Origin: Eledone cirrhosa | Taxonomy: Eukaryota | Length of the DNA stretch: 64,000 nucleotides | Assembly: GCA_964016885.1 (NCBI GenBank) | Contig: OZ024744.1 | Coordinates: forward strand, 59,706,001 to 59,770,000 | Direction of reading: 5' to 3' | Shown here: piece after piece, positions 1 through 12,199 of the stretch | Numbering within the stretch: position 1 is the stretch's first letter | Layout of the letters: each line of letters starts with the position of its first letter | Notes under the pieces: generated by a model | Databases searched by the model: none | Seen by the model: only the letters and a program-made list of their open reading frames with translations | What the model was told of the DNA's origin: nothing | Translations under genes and position numbers: made by a program

Positions 1-1762
1 GTGCCGAGTTGCAAACTGACAGACTTGTGTGGGTTTAGTCTTGCCCTGCAGAAGCTCCAATTTCTGCAGTAATGGCTCGAGAGTCAGTACATACAGAATG
101 GAGGAGAGAGGGCATCCCTGACGGATGGAACACATGATTTGGAATGGCTTCGGTAGGTAGTCAAGGTGAAGCCATTCACCTTGACTGTCGAGCAGAGGCT
201 GGTGGGCACCTTGACTGCCGAGCAGAGGCTGGATCGCTGCCATCAGCGATCCAGCCTCTGGAGACGGGACCGAAGCCGGCTGCCTTGAGAACCGCTTTCA
301 AGTATTGATGGTCGACCCTATAAAATGTCTTAGACTGATTTAAATTGATCAGAGCCCCACCGAAGCCAGGTTTTCACCCTACCCTCTCTATGATGTATCG
401 CATGAGGTGGGGGTTGTCGTGTATGGACCTGGTCGGGATTGCACACGTTTGGGCTTCTCCTACCAGGTTCTCGACGACAAGCGCCAGCCTTGCTGCTAAC
501 ACCTTGGCCAAAATCTTTAACTCTGTGTTGAGTTATGGGCCTGAAATTGCTTATCTCATCCCCCTTGTTCTCATCTTTTCTGATCTGCGTTACTACGCCT
601 CTGCCTACAGAACTGGGAATCCTCCCGTTCTGCTGCCAGTTGCAGTAGACCGCTTCGAGGACACTAGAGAACAAGTCTGGCATGCCTATGTAAAACTCAT
701 AGGGTAGACTATCTAAACGGCGTGATTTGCGTTTCCCACAGTGGCCTAGGGCATCTTCTATTTCGCCCGCTGTGATCGGCCTTTCGCAGCTCTCCGCATC
801 CGTGCTCGAGAGTCGCGGTACGCCGTCGAGGTAGGAGCTGAAGTCTATCACCTCGCTCGATGTACCGCTTTGCCCGAACAGTTGTGCAAAGTGTTGCTGG
901 AAGGCCGCGCACACCTGCCTGGATTCAAGTATAATGCGTCCATCTTTGTCTTGCAAAGACCGATTGTGGATTTGTTGCCACTTCTCGCCTCTGCCACTCG
1001 GGCCCAGCTAACTGCTTTGGCTCCTTCATTTAGAGCACGTGTTCTACTTCTGACAATACAACCTTCGTGTTTCACGTTGAAGAACTGGTCTAGTGCCGTT
1101 CTCGCCGCTAGCACGTCAGCTGTACTGCCATTCCTAAGTGCATCTTCTATTTTAGCTACCAGTTCCTTTTCAATTTTGTTTTTTTCTAAAGCTACTTCCT
1201 TGCTAAATGCTATCGATTCTATTCTAATTGCTCTCTTGAGAGAGCTCTACCACCTGTTGATGACGATCGCCCCCGTCAACTGGCACTTAACTAAGGTGCT
1301 AATCCGTTTACTGTAGGCCTTACACGCCGGGAGAGACATGTTTAGCTTCCAGTATCTGGGTCCCTGTCTATGTGTTCTATCAAGGTTGACTACGCAGGTG
1401 ACAAATTTGTGGTCTGAATAGGCAACCATGTACATTTGTGGACAGCTTAATGTTTCCTTATCATTCTGTCTAATTAAAAATCTATCTAAATACGATCTAG
1501 AAGACCCAGTGCGGTTGCTCCGCGTCCACGGTGGTGCACTTGGGAAGTCTAGTCGATATCTATCAGCCAGTTGGAATTGGCTGATGAGATTTTTGAGGCT
1601 ATTACACCCCCCCCTCTATTATCACAAGCTCCTATATAGTCCCAACGTGCGTCTAAGATGCCATTCCAGTCCCCCGCTAACACTAATGAGCGAGTCTTTC
1701 CCAGGAATGGCTCCAGACGCTTGAAGAACTCTGGTCGCGATGTCCCAGGGGGCCACCAGTCT
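1..1762 (-). mobile_element. Tx1/L1-clade LINE, degenerate ORF2 fragment (APE C-terminus, linker, RT N-terminus)
   Basis: Minus ORFs 1247-1435 (YSDHKFV...GPRYWKLN), 848-1114 and 330-956 (LDSLPYEFY, KGDEISNFRPIT) are frameshifted and colinear with ORF2 of the 52.5-58.5 kb element. 5' junction is at a (TATC)n tract. Confidence 0.9.
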
Positions 1763-1879
1763 GATAGATAGATAGATAGTGGTGGCTATAGTCAAAGAAG
1801 TTGTGGACACTTCTAAAAGATTTGGGGGACAGGAATCTTCCTCACCAACTTCGTAAAGGACCACTTGAAAAGAGAAGTG

Positions 1880-2335
1880 AAGATAGAGAAGGAGGTATTG
1901 TTTAATGCCTTATGAAAGATGGCTGAGGCGGAAAGGGTCTGTTCTGATTATGCCTTTTCTAAGTAAGAGAAAAGAAACCAAGAGAGGGCATTTTCAGTGC
2001 TCTTGATGCGCCAGAGTATTAGGTGGAAAGACCTGGAATTATCCTAAAAGGTCATCCCACCCTATCGAGGAACGGGTCTATAAGTAGATGACGCATGTCC
2101 AATATGTAATATAGACTGAATCTGAAACCACGTGGTTGCGCAGTGTACTCCTTTACCACACAGTGTCAACTGCACTATGTGCCTACAAGTATATTGTTGG
2201 ATACTCATGTGGCTAACCTTCTTTTCTGTGCAATTGGAATCAGACATTTTGTTTCTGCTTTTTAGGCCAAATTTTTCCAGCAACTGCTTGATTTTCCACT
2301 CTAGCTTACCTCCCCTCTCTGTCGAGTCTTGAAGG
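1880..2335 (-). mobile_element. Possible highly degenerate Penelope-like GIY-YIG 3' remnant
   Basis: Minus translation gives CGKGVHC...LHIGHASST, resembling the C-x-C and YIG.T motifs, with RHQEH downstream. Weak evidence only. Confidence 0.3.
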
Positions 2336-2343
2336 ATATTGGC

Positions 2344-2646
2344 GCACACATTTACACACACTCACACACAGACATACATACACACACTCACACACAGACA
2401 TAAATACACACACACACAGGCACGCGCATGCCACACACACATGCGCGTATACATGCATACATGTGTGTGTGTGAGCGTGTGTGTGTGTATATGTGTGTGT
2501 GCATGTGAGTGTGTGCATGAGTGTGTGTGTGCTTGTGTGTGTGTGCGTGTGCGCATGTAAGTGTGTGCATGTGTGTGTGTGTGCATAGTGTGTGAATGTG
2601 TGTGAGTGTGTCTGCATGTCAGTGCATGTGTGTGTGTCAGTGTGTG
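2344..2646. repeat. Compound (CA)n/(TG)n microsatellite
   Basis: Direct inspection. It accounts for the overlapping HT/CV ORFs. Confidence 0.95.
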
Positions 2647-2715
2647 ATTATGTATTTCTATAATCACAGTCGTCACCCTTCCCCTAATAGATTCTAATCC
2701 CACCCAACAGTACAT

Positions 2716-2827
2716 AACATCTTCACCATTATCTTCATTATCTTCATTATCCACATTATCCACATTATCTTCATTATCATCATTATCTTCCTTACCATCA
2801 TTATCTTCATTATCTTCATTATCCATA
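2716..2827. repeat. 9-bp minisatellite (ATTATCTTC/ATTATCCAC)n
   Basis: About 12 imperfect tandem units. Confidence 0.9.
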
Positions 2828-3084
2828 TTACTGCCAAAGCGATGCTTTAGCAGAAACGTTAGGGCATGAGAATGGATAAATATGGTTTATGACGATGTAA
2901 TTACGTTTCTTACGTTCTATGTTCAAATCTCGTAGTGTCACGTAAGGCTGTCCTTTCCTCGAGATTAGGCGAAAAATGTACCAGTAGAATATTGAGCAAC
3001 GATCCAATTTTCTACACCCCCACCCCTTACAAATGTGGTAAATCGTCATTATGATCGTCGTCGTCATCCCCCTTGTCATTATTA

Positions 3085-3672
3085 ATATCGGTAGAGCATC
3101 AGACACCATGCTTTGCGGCATAGAGTTATGGCCCTTTAAGTTCTGAGTTCAAATCCCGCCGAGGTTAGCTTTGCCTTTCATCCTTACGGGTTCGATAAAA
3201 TAAAGCACCAGTATAGTACTGGGGTCGATTTAATCGACTTTCCTCTCACCCCAAATTACTGGCCTTATGCCTATACTAGAAATCGTTATTAATATCAGTA
3301 GAGCATGAGACACCATGCTTTGCGGCATAGAATTATGGCCCTTTACGGTCAAATCCCGCCGAAGTTAACTTTGCCTTTCATCCTTACGGGGTCGATAAAA
3401 TAAAGTACCAGTAATGCACTGGGAGTAATTGCTGGCCTTGTGCCAAATGTAGAAACAATTATTAATATCACTATTGCCGGTGAGTTGGCAGAATCAGTAG
3501 AGAGTCGGATGCCATGCTTTTCAGCATAGAGTTGCGGCCCTTTATGGTCTGAGTTCAAATCCCGCCGAGGTTAACTTTGCCTTTTATCCTTACGGGGTCG
3601 ATAAAATAAAGTACCAGTAATGTACTAGGTGTAATTGCTGGCCTTGTGCCTAATGTAGAAGCAATTATTAAT
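3085..3672 (+). mobile_element. Three head-to-tail tRNA-derived SINE copies
   Basis: A-box-like TGGCAGAATC and B-box GAGTTCAAATCC, shared core GCCTTTCATCCTTACGGGGTCGATAAAATAAAGTACCAG (resembles the MetaSINE central domain), and 3' end GGCCTTGTGCC...GAAACAATTATT. Confidence 0.9.
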
Positions 3673-3673
3673 A

Positions 3674-4100
3674 TCTATCTATGTAATACTAAAACTCTGT
3701 GATTGTTTGCCTGTAATGTAATACAGCCAAAAGGGCGCATAACGGGAAAATACTGTGAAAGGAAGTTGACCCTGAAATAAGAATACAAATGGAATAAAAC
3801 AAGTTTCGCATAAATCGGTGCACAGGTTCTCGAGATATGGGTTTTGTCCGGGTACCTTCATAAATAGAGAGAGAAAAAGAGGTATTGATTGTGAGAGAAT
3901 AGATTGAAAGAGAGACATAGAGAGGGGGAGAAGGAGACAGAGAAGAAGAATGGACGAGAGAGATGGTGGTGTTGTTGTATGTATATATATATATATATGT
4001 GTGTGAGTGTTTGTGTGTATATATATGTGTGTGTATATGTGTGTGTCTCTGACCAGTGTACATAGAACACAGACACCCACATATATATATACACACACAA

Positions 4101-4138
<38 letters not shown>

Positions 4139-4574
4139 GTCTGTGTATATGTTAATTATATAAAAATTATTTTTATGTAAACATGATTTAAAAAAAATAT
4201 TTTTAAGTGAACGTGACCCAACAGGTCAAGGGAGGTTTAGTATAATACTAAAACTCTGTGATTGCTTTCTTGTCTGTAATGTAATACAGCCAAAAGGACA
4301 CATAATAGGAAAATACTTTGAAAGGAAGTTGTCCCTGAAATGGGAATACAAATGGAATAAAACAAGTTTCGCGTAAATCGGACTACGGGTTCCAGAGATA
4401 TGGGGGTTTTTCCGTGTACCTTCATAAATAGAGAGAGAGAGAAGGACAGAGAGGAAGAGATTGTGGTTGTGACAGAGTAGATTGATAGAAAGACATAGAG
4501 AGGGGGAGAGGAGACAGAGAAGGAGAATGGACGAGAGAGATGGTGGTGTTGTTGCGCATATACACGTATATATG

Positions 4575-4630
<56 letters not shown>

Positions 4631-4768
4631 GTGTGTGTGTATTTGTGTCTATGACCAGTTTATATAGGCCTTCCAGTTTCATTTCACATTATATACATAT
4701 CTGTATATTTTAATTATTTAAAAATTATTTTTAAGTGAACGTGACCCAAAAGGTCAAGGGTGGTCTAG
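3674..4768 (+). mobile_element. Tandem dimer of a non-autonomous Helitron-like element (3674-4240, 4241-4768)
   Basis: Two ~550-bp similar units with 5' TC, subterminal TGACC..GGTCA hairpin and 3' CTAG (TTAG in unit 1). Inserted between A and T, with internal (GA)n/(TA)n tracts. Confidence 0.75.
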
Positions 4769-4779
4769 TCATTATTAAA

Positions 4780-5582
4780 ATTGACAGAATTGTTAGCATA
4801 GAAACAAATGAATTGGAGTATTTGTTTCGGTCCTTTGCGTTCTGAGTTCAAATCCCACCGAAGTCAATTTTGCCTTTCATCCTTTCGGGGTCGATTAAAT
4901 AAAGTACAAGTCAAATAGGTTTTAATAGACTTTCACCTAACTGACCCCAAATTCCTGGCCATGTGCCAATGTTAGTAAGAATTATTATTGGCAATACCGG
5001 TAGAGGGTCGGAAGCCATGCATTGCAGCATAGAGTACGCCCCTTTACGGTCTGAGTTCAAATCCTGCCGAGGTAAGCTTTGCCTTTCGTCCTAACGAGGT
5101 CGATAAAATAAAGTACCAGTAATGCACTGGGATAATTGCTGGCCTTGTGCCAAAAGAAGAAACAATTATAATTTCGGACCTTTACGTTCTGAGTTCACAT
5201 CCTGCTGAGGCTATATTGCCTTTCATCCTTACGGGGTCGATAAAATAAAGTACCAGTAATGTACTGGAGTCGATTTAATTGACTTTCCCCTCCCACCAAA
5301 TTGCTGGTCTTGTGCCTAAATTAGAAAAACTTATTATTGTAAAAAGGACGATGGTTTGGCAGAGTCGGAAGAGCGTCGGACAATATGCTTTGCGGCATAG
5401 AGTTACGGCCTTTTGCGTTCTGATTTGAAATCCCGCCGTGGTTAGCTTTGCCTTTCATCCTTATGGGGTCGATAAAATAAAGTACCAGTAATGCGCTGGG
5501 GTCGATTTAATGCCCTCCCCCCAAAAAGAATTGCTGGCCGTGTGCCTAAATTTGAAACAATTACTATTTTTTTTTTATTATT
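4780..5582 (+). mobile_element. Four further head-to-tail SINE copies
   Basis: Same B-box, core and ATT tail. B-boxes at ~4843, 5053, 5191 and 5422. Confidence 0.9.
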
Positions 5583-6402
5583 GCGGGCAAAAGCAAATAC
5601 GTTCTTGGAGGCACTCTGGGCGTCGACAAAAAACATCCAGTCACTCTTTTCCGGAGGAATATCGGACAAGAGCAGATGGGTTATTTTTAGAAATCCATGA
5701 CCTGGCAGTGCTACGGAGGACATTGCCGCCGGTTCGAGATAAACTCTAAAGCCTTGGAAGAGCCGACAACCGACGAAACCACCATGTCCGAGCATTGATG
5801 ACTTGTGAGTTTATGTCGAACACCTACTACCACATGTAGAATGGTTCTCGCTATCAGCTGAGTCCACAATGAAGATCGCCCACCTCTTCCTTTATCCGGG
5901 AAGGACAGGCAGTTTTTATCTGTTTGGTGGTCATGTCGAAAGAGATCGTGTGATGGATGCTCTGGAAAGGGTTGAAAACATACACCTTCCTCTTCGGTGA
6001 AGTCATGATTAACCTTTTCAGGTTTCACTTGAAGAGGAAAATAAGTGTAGGGAGGGGAAGTGTTACCATCCAATTAGTTAGTTGAATGATGTGTGAGAGG
6101 CGAGCATGGCCCGAGTAAATGGCCCTGCTCTGAGTGTGTACCTGTAAATTGGTGAACAGCTGAGAGGGGGCTCTTGTCAAAGTGATCACGCTAACCGTGT
6201 TTTTTTTTTTAGGGCTTTCTCCGCATAAAACCTTCAGGGGTCACTTCCTATTAGGAAATTTTATTTTGTTTTGTTGGTTTTTAAATGTTTATATTTTTAG
6301 TTTTTGTTATAACCTCTTTTTACACACAAAATTCTACACTGTATCGCCCTGTGCTGTGTCTGTTTGTTTACTATCACCCGTGGGTGGCTAATAAAGAAAC
6401 TA
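5583..6402 (+). mobile_element. Tx1-clade LINE 3' fragment
   Basis: Homologous to 57560-58468 (WQCYGG.LP, zinc-finger region, 3' UTR). Ends GTGGCTAATAAAGAAAC followed by an ATT-rich tail. Confidence 0.85.
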
Positions 6403-6434
6403 TAATTATATTGTTTTGATTAGTATTATTATTG

Positions 6435-6935
6435 CTTTGTCACACAATGTAAATGGAAAATGCACCGGGGTATTTAGTTATCCGTCAAGTCACAAGAAGA
6501 ACTTCAAACAGATGATACTTTCCTTAAAATGTGCGCAGTGCCTAGCAAGGCTGATTTTTGTATGACACCAATCTTGCATGGTATTCCTAACTACTTTAAT
6601 ATGTCTTGAGTTTCAATGGGATTTACAACTGGTATCACTTTCACATTATTTTCTCACATTCCAAACAGTTTTGTCATCTCCACTTTCAATTTGATGTACT
6701 TTGTGATTTTTTTCAACCTCTTTATCATAATACCCATGCCATTTGGTATAGCTACATCTATGATCTGACAGTATTTGTCCTTGTTCAATACGACAATATC
6801 TGGTCGGCGATGCTCAATAATTCTATCAGTGTCAAAATCATGTCAACATATCGAAACTTTCCTATTCTTCTGCATTACTTTACAAGCTTCATGCTCATAC
6901 CAATACTTTATTACTTGGTATTGGTATTTTCAACA
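6435..6935 (-). mobile_element. R4/Dong-clade non-LTR element, 3' fragment (restriction-like endonuclease)
   Basis: Minus translation EHRRPDIVVLNKDKYCQIIDVAIP and QKSALLGTAHILRKV. The 3' end abuts (AAT)n. Confidence 0.8.
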
Positions 6936-6939
6936 TAAG

Positions 6940-9900
6940 AAGGTGCTGACCACCTCGATTTCCGGTGATGTCGTCCGCATAAGCCAACACAGCTATTCGA
7001 GCGGAATGCCCTGCAACAGCTCCAGCTTCCACAGTAAAGGCTTTAGAGTCAATGCGTACAGTAGGGAGGAAGAGGGCACCCTTGACGGACCGATCGGGAG
7101 ATCTGAAACGTTTCTGAAAGGTGGCCATTAACATTGACCACCGAGGAGATGCCGCTGTGCATTGCAGCGATCCAGCTTCTGAAGACGGGACCAAAGTCAA
7201 CTGCCTTGAGAACAGCCTCCATGAATCGATGGTCGACCCTATCGAAAGCTTTAGATTGATCTAAATTGATCAGAGCCCCACCGAAGCCAGGCTTATATCC
7301 TACCCTCTCTACTATGTATCGCATGAGGTGGAGATTGTCGTATATGGACCTGGTTGGGATTGCGCAAGTTTGCACCTCCTCAACCAAATCCTCGACAACA
7401 AGCACCAACCTCTTCGCTAACACCTTCGCCAAAATCTTAAACTCTGTGTTCAGCAGAGTTATGGGCCGGAAATTATCTAATGTGTCACTCCTGTTCTCGT
7501 CTTTCCTTATCAGCGTCACCACTCCCCAGCTCAGAGAACTGGGAATACTCCCATTCTTCTGCCAGTTGCAGTAGAGTACTTCGAGGAGATCGGAGAACAA
7601 ATTTGACATGTTTACGTCAAGCTCGTAGGGCAGACCATCCAAACTGAGTGACATGCGCCTCGTGGAGCCAACTGGGGCATCACGAATCTGAAGTTATCGT
7701 GCTTTCGCAGCGTTTAGCATCGGCCGTCGAGGTAGGGACTGAAGTTCACCATCGTCTCCGACCCACCCATCCCCAGTATCCCTGAACAACTGAGCAAAGT
7801 GCTGGCGAAGGCCTCGCACATCTGTCTGGAATCGTTCATCTCGCGTCTGTCTCGGTCCGTCAAAGACCGAATTATAGATTTGTTACCACGCTGCGCATCA
7901 GCCATGCGGGCCCATCTAACAGCTTTGGTTACCTAATTTCTTAGAGCTCTGACAAGGAAACTTTCGTGTTTCGAATTGAAGAAATGGTCTAATGCCATTC
8001 TCACCGCTAGCACGTCAGTTGCAATGCCACTACAAATTGCCTCGTCTAATTTAGCTACCAGCTCCCACTCCTTTCTATTTGTTCTCTGACGCCACGTCTT
8101 TACTGAAGTCTAAAGGCACCACCTTCGCTATTGTTCTCGTCGAGGACCACCAACATACCGCCCGGGTCCCGGAAGATCGACCTTACTTCCAGATCCAGGC
8201 CTTTCCTTAACAGCACTGCCACCCCAACTCCCATTTCCGGCCGACTAAGAGATGCGAAGAAATAGTCGTCGAAAATGGGGGCTACTGCGTGCGTGTCGGA
8301 AATCCTTGTCTCGCTGGCAACAATCAAATCCATATCTAGCGACCTGAGGTCGTTGAGCAGGTGATCCTGCTTCCAGGACGACTCCAAACCTCGAACACTT
8401 AAACATCTTACTCTACTCTTAGGATTGCCATGTTGGCAGGCTAAAGGAAATCAATCACCATGATTGGTGGGGTTTCCTTTGTGAACCCCTTTAACAGTCT
8501 ATGTGTTTTGTTTTGTTCTTGCGTTTGCACGTAGGGGATTGTGGTGGTGGTGGTGGTCGTGGTGGTGTTGGTGTTGGTGGTGGTGTTGGTGTTAGTGTTG
8601 GTGTTGTTGTGGAAGTGTTTGCTGTGTATGTGGAGTCTGCATTTTCTGTTGTGTGTGATGTGTGGAGTTTTCTTTTCTTTTTTGTTTTTTTTTTGGTTTA
8701 GGGTTTGCCTCGTCTGCGCTACTGGAAGACGAGGTGTCTGTGTCGGTTTCTGTGACTGTGTGTCTGTGTGTGTGTTTTGGAGGGGATCGGGGATGGGAAC
8801 GTGTTCTTCGATTTTCCCCTGGGAAGTCAAAGTTGGTGGTGGCGTTTCTGCTGGTGCTGTTGCCGGTGCTGGTGTTGATGGTGGTCCCCCACTCCGGCGT
8901 CAGCAGCAGTGGAGGCTTACGACCTCTTGTAGTTTTCAGTTGAGGGCAGAAGGTTCGCAAATGAGTTGTTTCACCACAGACAAAACAGTGCGGCCTTCCC
9001 CCCTCGGTCATTACGTGCAGAACCGTTCCGTTTTGAATATGGTCCGGAATATTTCTCAGGTCTTCAGGCCTGATCTGGAGAAGTATCTCCACCTCAACCC
9101 CGGACCAGTCCTCCCTGGCTGTTCTCGTCACATCGATTGGGACAGTATCTGTCCGCTCCACAATCACGCACCCCAGGAGTCACCACATGTATAGTCCTAG
9201 GGGAATCCCGGGCATGCAGACTGTTCTTTTTCCTATGTGGGAGGGGTACATAATGACCTTGCTGGTTTTGCAAGGGGTCACCGAGTGTTTCGCAGTGAGA
9301 GCGTCTGACCCAAACAGCACCGATATAGTATCGAGTACATCTGCTATGTACTCGGTGTCATCTTTGATGCACCTCAGCGCAGCTTTAATTTCGGCTTGTG
9401 GAATGATTGTTGCTGTCTTTGCCTGCATTGAAATGCATCTAAAGTGCACCGTTCTTCTCTCCACCACTTCTATGGCTTCAGCCGGGATAGTTAAGTTGGC
9501 CCAGGTTTGCTTTTGTTTAATGAGCTTCCAGGCGTGGGCCAACTTTCAATCTCTTTTACTGAGGTCCGTGGTGAAACATGGCCTCTTTTTGGCTGTTGCC
9601 GCAGTGAAACTGTTCTTGTTGTCCGTGTTGCTGTTATCAGTTCTGTTGCTGGGCACATTGTTGTTGGTGATATTGTTGTTGGTGTTGTCGTTGTTGTTGG
9701 TGTTGATGTTGTTGTCGCTGTTGCAGTTGGTGTTGTTCTTGGTGCAGTTGTTGTTGTTGGTGTTTTTGTCATTATTGCAGTTGATGTTGTTGTTGCTGTT
9801 GTTGTTGTTGGCACGTATTCCGTCCATGTTTTATCAAACAAAACTTTTTAAAAAAGCCCAAATAGTATGAGCTGTCCTTTCTTGGACACAAAGATTAAAA

Positions 9901-10003
9901 CCACTTTTGAAACAAAAAATATTAACAACAAAAGGATTTAAACTCATTGAAATAACAAAGTTACGCGAGCTCACAATAGTACGTCTATTCGCTTCAAACA
10001 ACA
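6940..10003 (-). mobile_element. Tx1-clade LINE: 5' UTR, ORF1 (Asn/Thr-rich, CCHC knuckle), internally deleted ORF2, 3' truncated
   Basis: ORF1 pieces 9180-9542 and 8592-9167 (CFVCGETTHLRTFC), APE start 8100-8387 (VASETR), RT 7049-7654 (NFRPITLLN, LDQSKAFDRV, VRQGCPL) and AYADD at ~6970. Confidence 0.9.
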
Positions 10004-10424
10004 TGGTTTCTTATTTAGGCACAAGGCCAGCAATTCTTGGGGAGGGGAAAGTCGATTAAATCGACCCCAGTGCGTGACTGGTACTTTATTTTATCGATCC
10101 CGTAAGGATGAAAGGCAAAGCTAACCTCGACGGGATTTAGACTTAGCACGTAAAGGGCCGTAAGTCTATGCTGCAAAGTATGGCGCCCGACTCTCAACCG
10201 ATGCTGCCAATCCACCTCCCTAATGATATTAATAATGTTTCTACTTTTGGCACAAGGCCAGCAATTATCCCAGTGTATTACTGGTACTTTATTTTATCGA
10301 CCCCGAAAGGATGAAAGGCAAAGTTAACCTCGGCGGGATTTGAACTCAGAATGGCAAGGACTGTAACTCTATGCGTCAAAGCATTGCGTCCGGCCTTCTA
10401 CCGATACTGCCAATCCTCGGCCGT
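10004..10424 (-). mobile_element. Two tandem SINE copies
   Basis: Reverse complement of the SINE core (CTGGTACTTTATTTTATCGACCCC...GGATGAAAGGCAAAG) occurs twice. Confidence 0.9.
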
Positions 10425-10471
10425 AATAATAATAATGATTTCTTTATTAACCACAAAGGGTTCACAAAATA

Positions 10472-10735
10472 GTAAGAAGAAGATCTAAGTTCCCTATCAG
10501 TATGTAGAATCCCCTATCTATGTTTACTGTACCTTTGGAACTGGGTTTACCGAATTTTTACCGAGGTTACAGAGAAATGCAAAAGAATTTCTCACCGAAT
10601 TTTCAGCAGTCATCCTGCTGACATGCATCTTTACTACCGCACCCCTACTTCACTACTTCTTCACTACTACCGCACCCCTACTTCACCACCACCTCCTTCA
10701 TTCTTTCATGGATTTTTGCCCCTTTCAATTTTACT
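10472..10735 (+). repeat. Dispersed ~265-bp repeat, inverted copy at 23420-23680
   Basis: GAAGAAGATCTAAGTTCCCTATCAG...CCCCTTTCAATTTT matches the reverse complement of 23420-23680. Confidence 0.85.
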
Positions 10736-10981
10736 ATTATCTTTTTGTTTATAATTTTCCTTTTATTTATTGTTATTTTGTTGCTTACTTTATTTTACTC
10801 ATGTTCTATCTATCTATTTATTTATTTATTTATTTATTCATTCGTTTGTATTACTGTATGTATAAACACACACACACAAACACACACCCACCCACATATA
10901 TATATGAATGTATATATATATATACATATATAATCTTTTATTTATTCATCTTTAGCTTTCATATATGTGAGTTTCAGCACC

Positions 10982-11012
<31 letters not shown>

Positions 11013-12199
11013 GCTCTCTCTCACTCTTTCTAATACGCCCCCCTCCCCCACACACTTGTGTCTCTCCACACACTCTTTCAACTTTTATGTTTCTCTCTAT
11101 TTACCTTTTTTTTTCATATTAAAACATTTCTTTGACTGGTTTATTCCTAAAATTTAGAGGAGGGAGAAAGAGTAACATGCCTTCGTTATAGCAGTCGCTA
11201 TCGTAAAACAACTAGCGTAGTTTGTTAGTTTCTTCTTGAAATGAAAAATGACATTTATAGCTCACGCCTATCTAGGTTTAGCTCGTCACATACACTGTTG
11301 TATTTTATATGAGGTTTTTCAGGTGTTTTAAATGTACGAGTCTGTGTCTTATCAACACTATGTAGTTGTAACAGCTTACACTTCACCTATGAGGTTTCAT
11401 CTTATAGAAGATTTCTCGGATATTGCACTGGTAGGGGTCCCAGTCTTATCATGAAAAACAACGTAAAGTGAAGTGAACCCACAATCTTTCAATTATGAGT
11501 GCAACACTACCACTTAGCCAATGAAATATTTTTTTAAATTCGGTTAGATTAAACAGATTAAACTGTGAATCTGCAGATACCTGATAATTTTGTTTTTAGA
11601 GTTTGTCAATGCAGATCTGGACATTGAAAACGTTTCATTTATTTGTACTTTAATATATTTTTCATGATTTTAGTAAGTAACGGAAGTTGTTCTGTACGCA
11701 TTTTCCAAGATCATAAAGGCAAACAATATACATACACATGCATACACACACACACACACAACGCATACCCCCCCCCCCCCAAACACACACATATTGAAAT
11801 TAAGCGAGAAAAAAGTTTAGATAGATTTATAATCCCATAAATTGATTTTTTTCTCACTATTTTAATATATAATATTGCTTCTCCGAGATTCCTTTCATTG
11901 AGATGTTTAAGTATTAGTGACTAATTAACCTTTAATTATTATACTGTTCCTTAATTTGTCGACATTATAAGCCTGTCATATAGTCCTAATATGCTAGGGA
12001 ATTTTGAACACGTAACGCTACGCGTGTTTTTATTCCAGCAAGCTGCCTTGGCAGATAGAAAAGTATGTATGATTTCTTGGTCAGTTTCTCTTAGATTTTG
12101 AAGAATTAAACTACCCTGAAGAGTATGGCGGATTCTTCAATTATCTCCGTATAAAACCATGGTAGGGAGATCAAGGCATCCAACACTGTCAACACAATG

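Noticed and set aside
2306-2826. ORFs rich in HT/CV/IY dipeptides or DNE repeats (also at 18.4-18.8, 29.3-29.7, 30.9-31.4, 33.9-34.4, 42.2-42.6 and 43.4-44.1 kb)
   Set aside because: Translations of microsatellites with no evidence of coding function.
3085-5582. Regularly spaced repeats resembling a CRISPR array or tRNA cluster
   Set aside because: Units are 170-240 bp SINE copies with homologous rather than unique spacers. No cas genes and no complete cloverleaf.
9187-9870. Long hydrophobic Leu/Val ORFs (also 8541-9194, 52829-53359)
   Set aside because: Antisense reading of (AAC)n-rich Tx1 ORF1.
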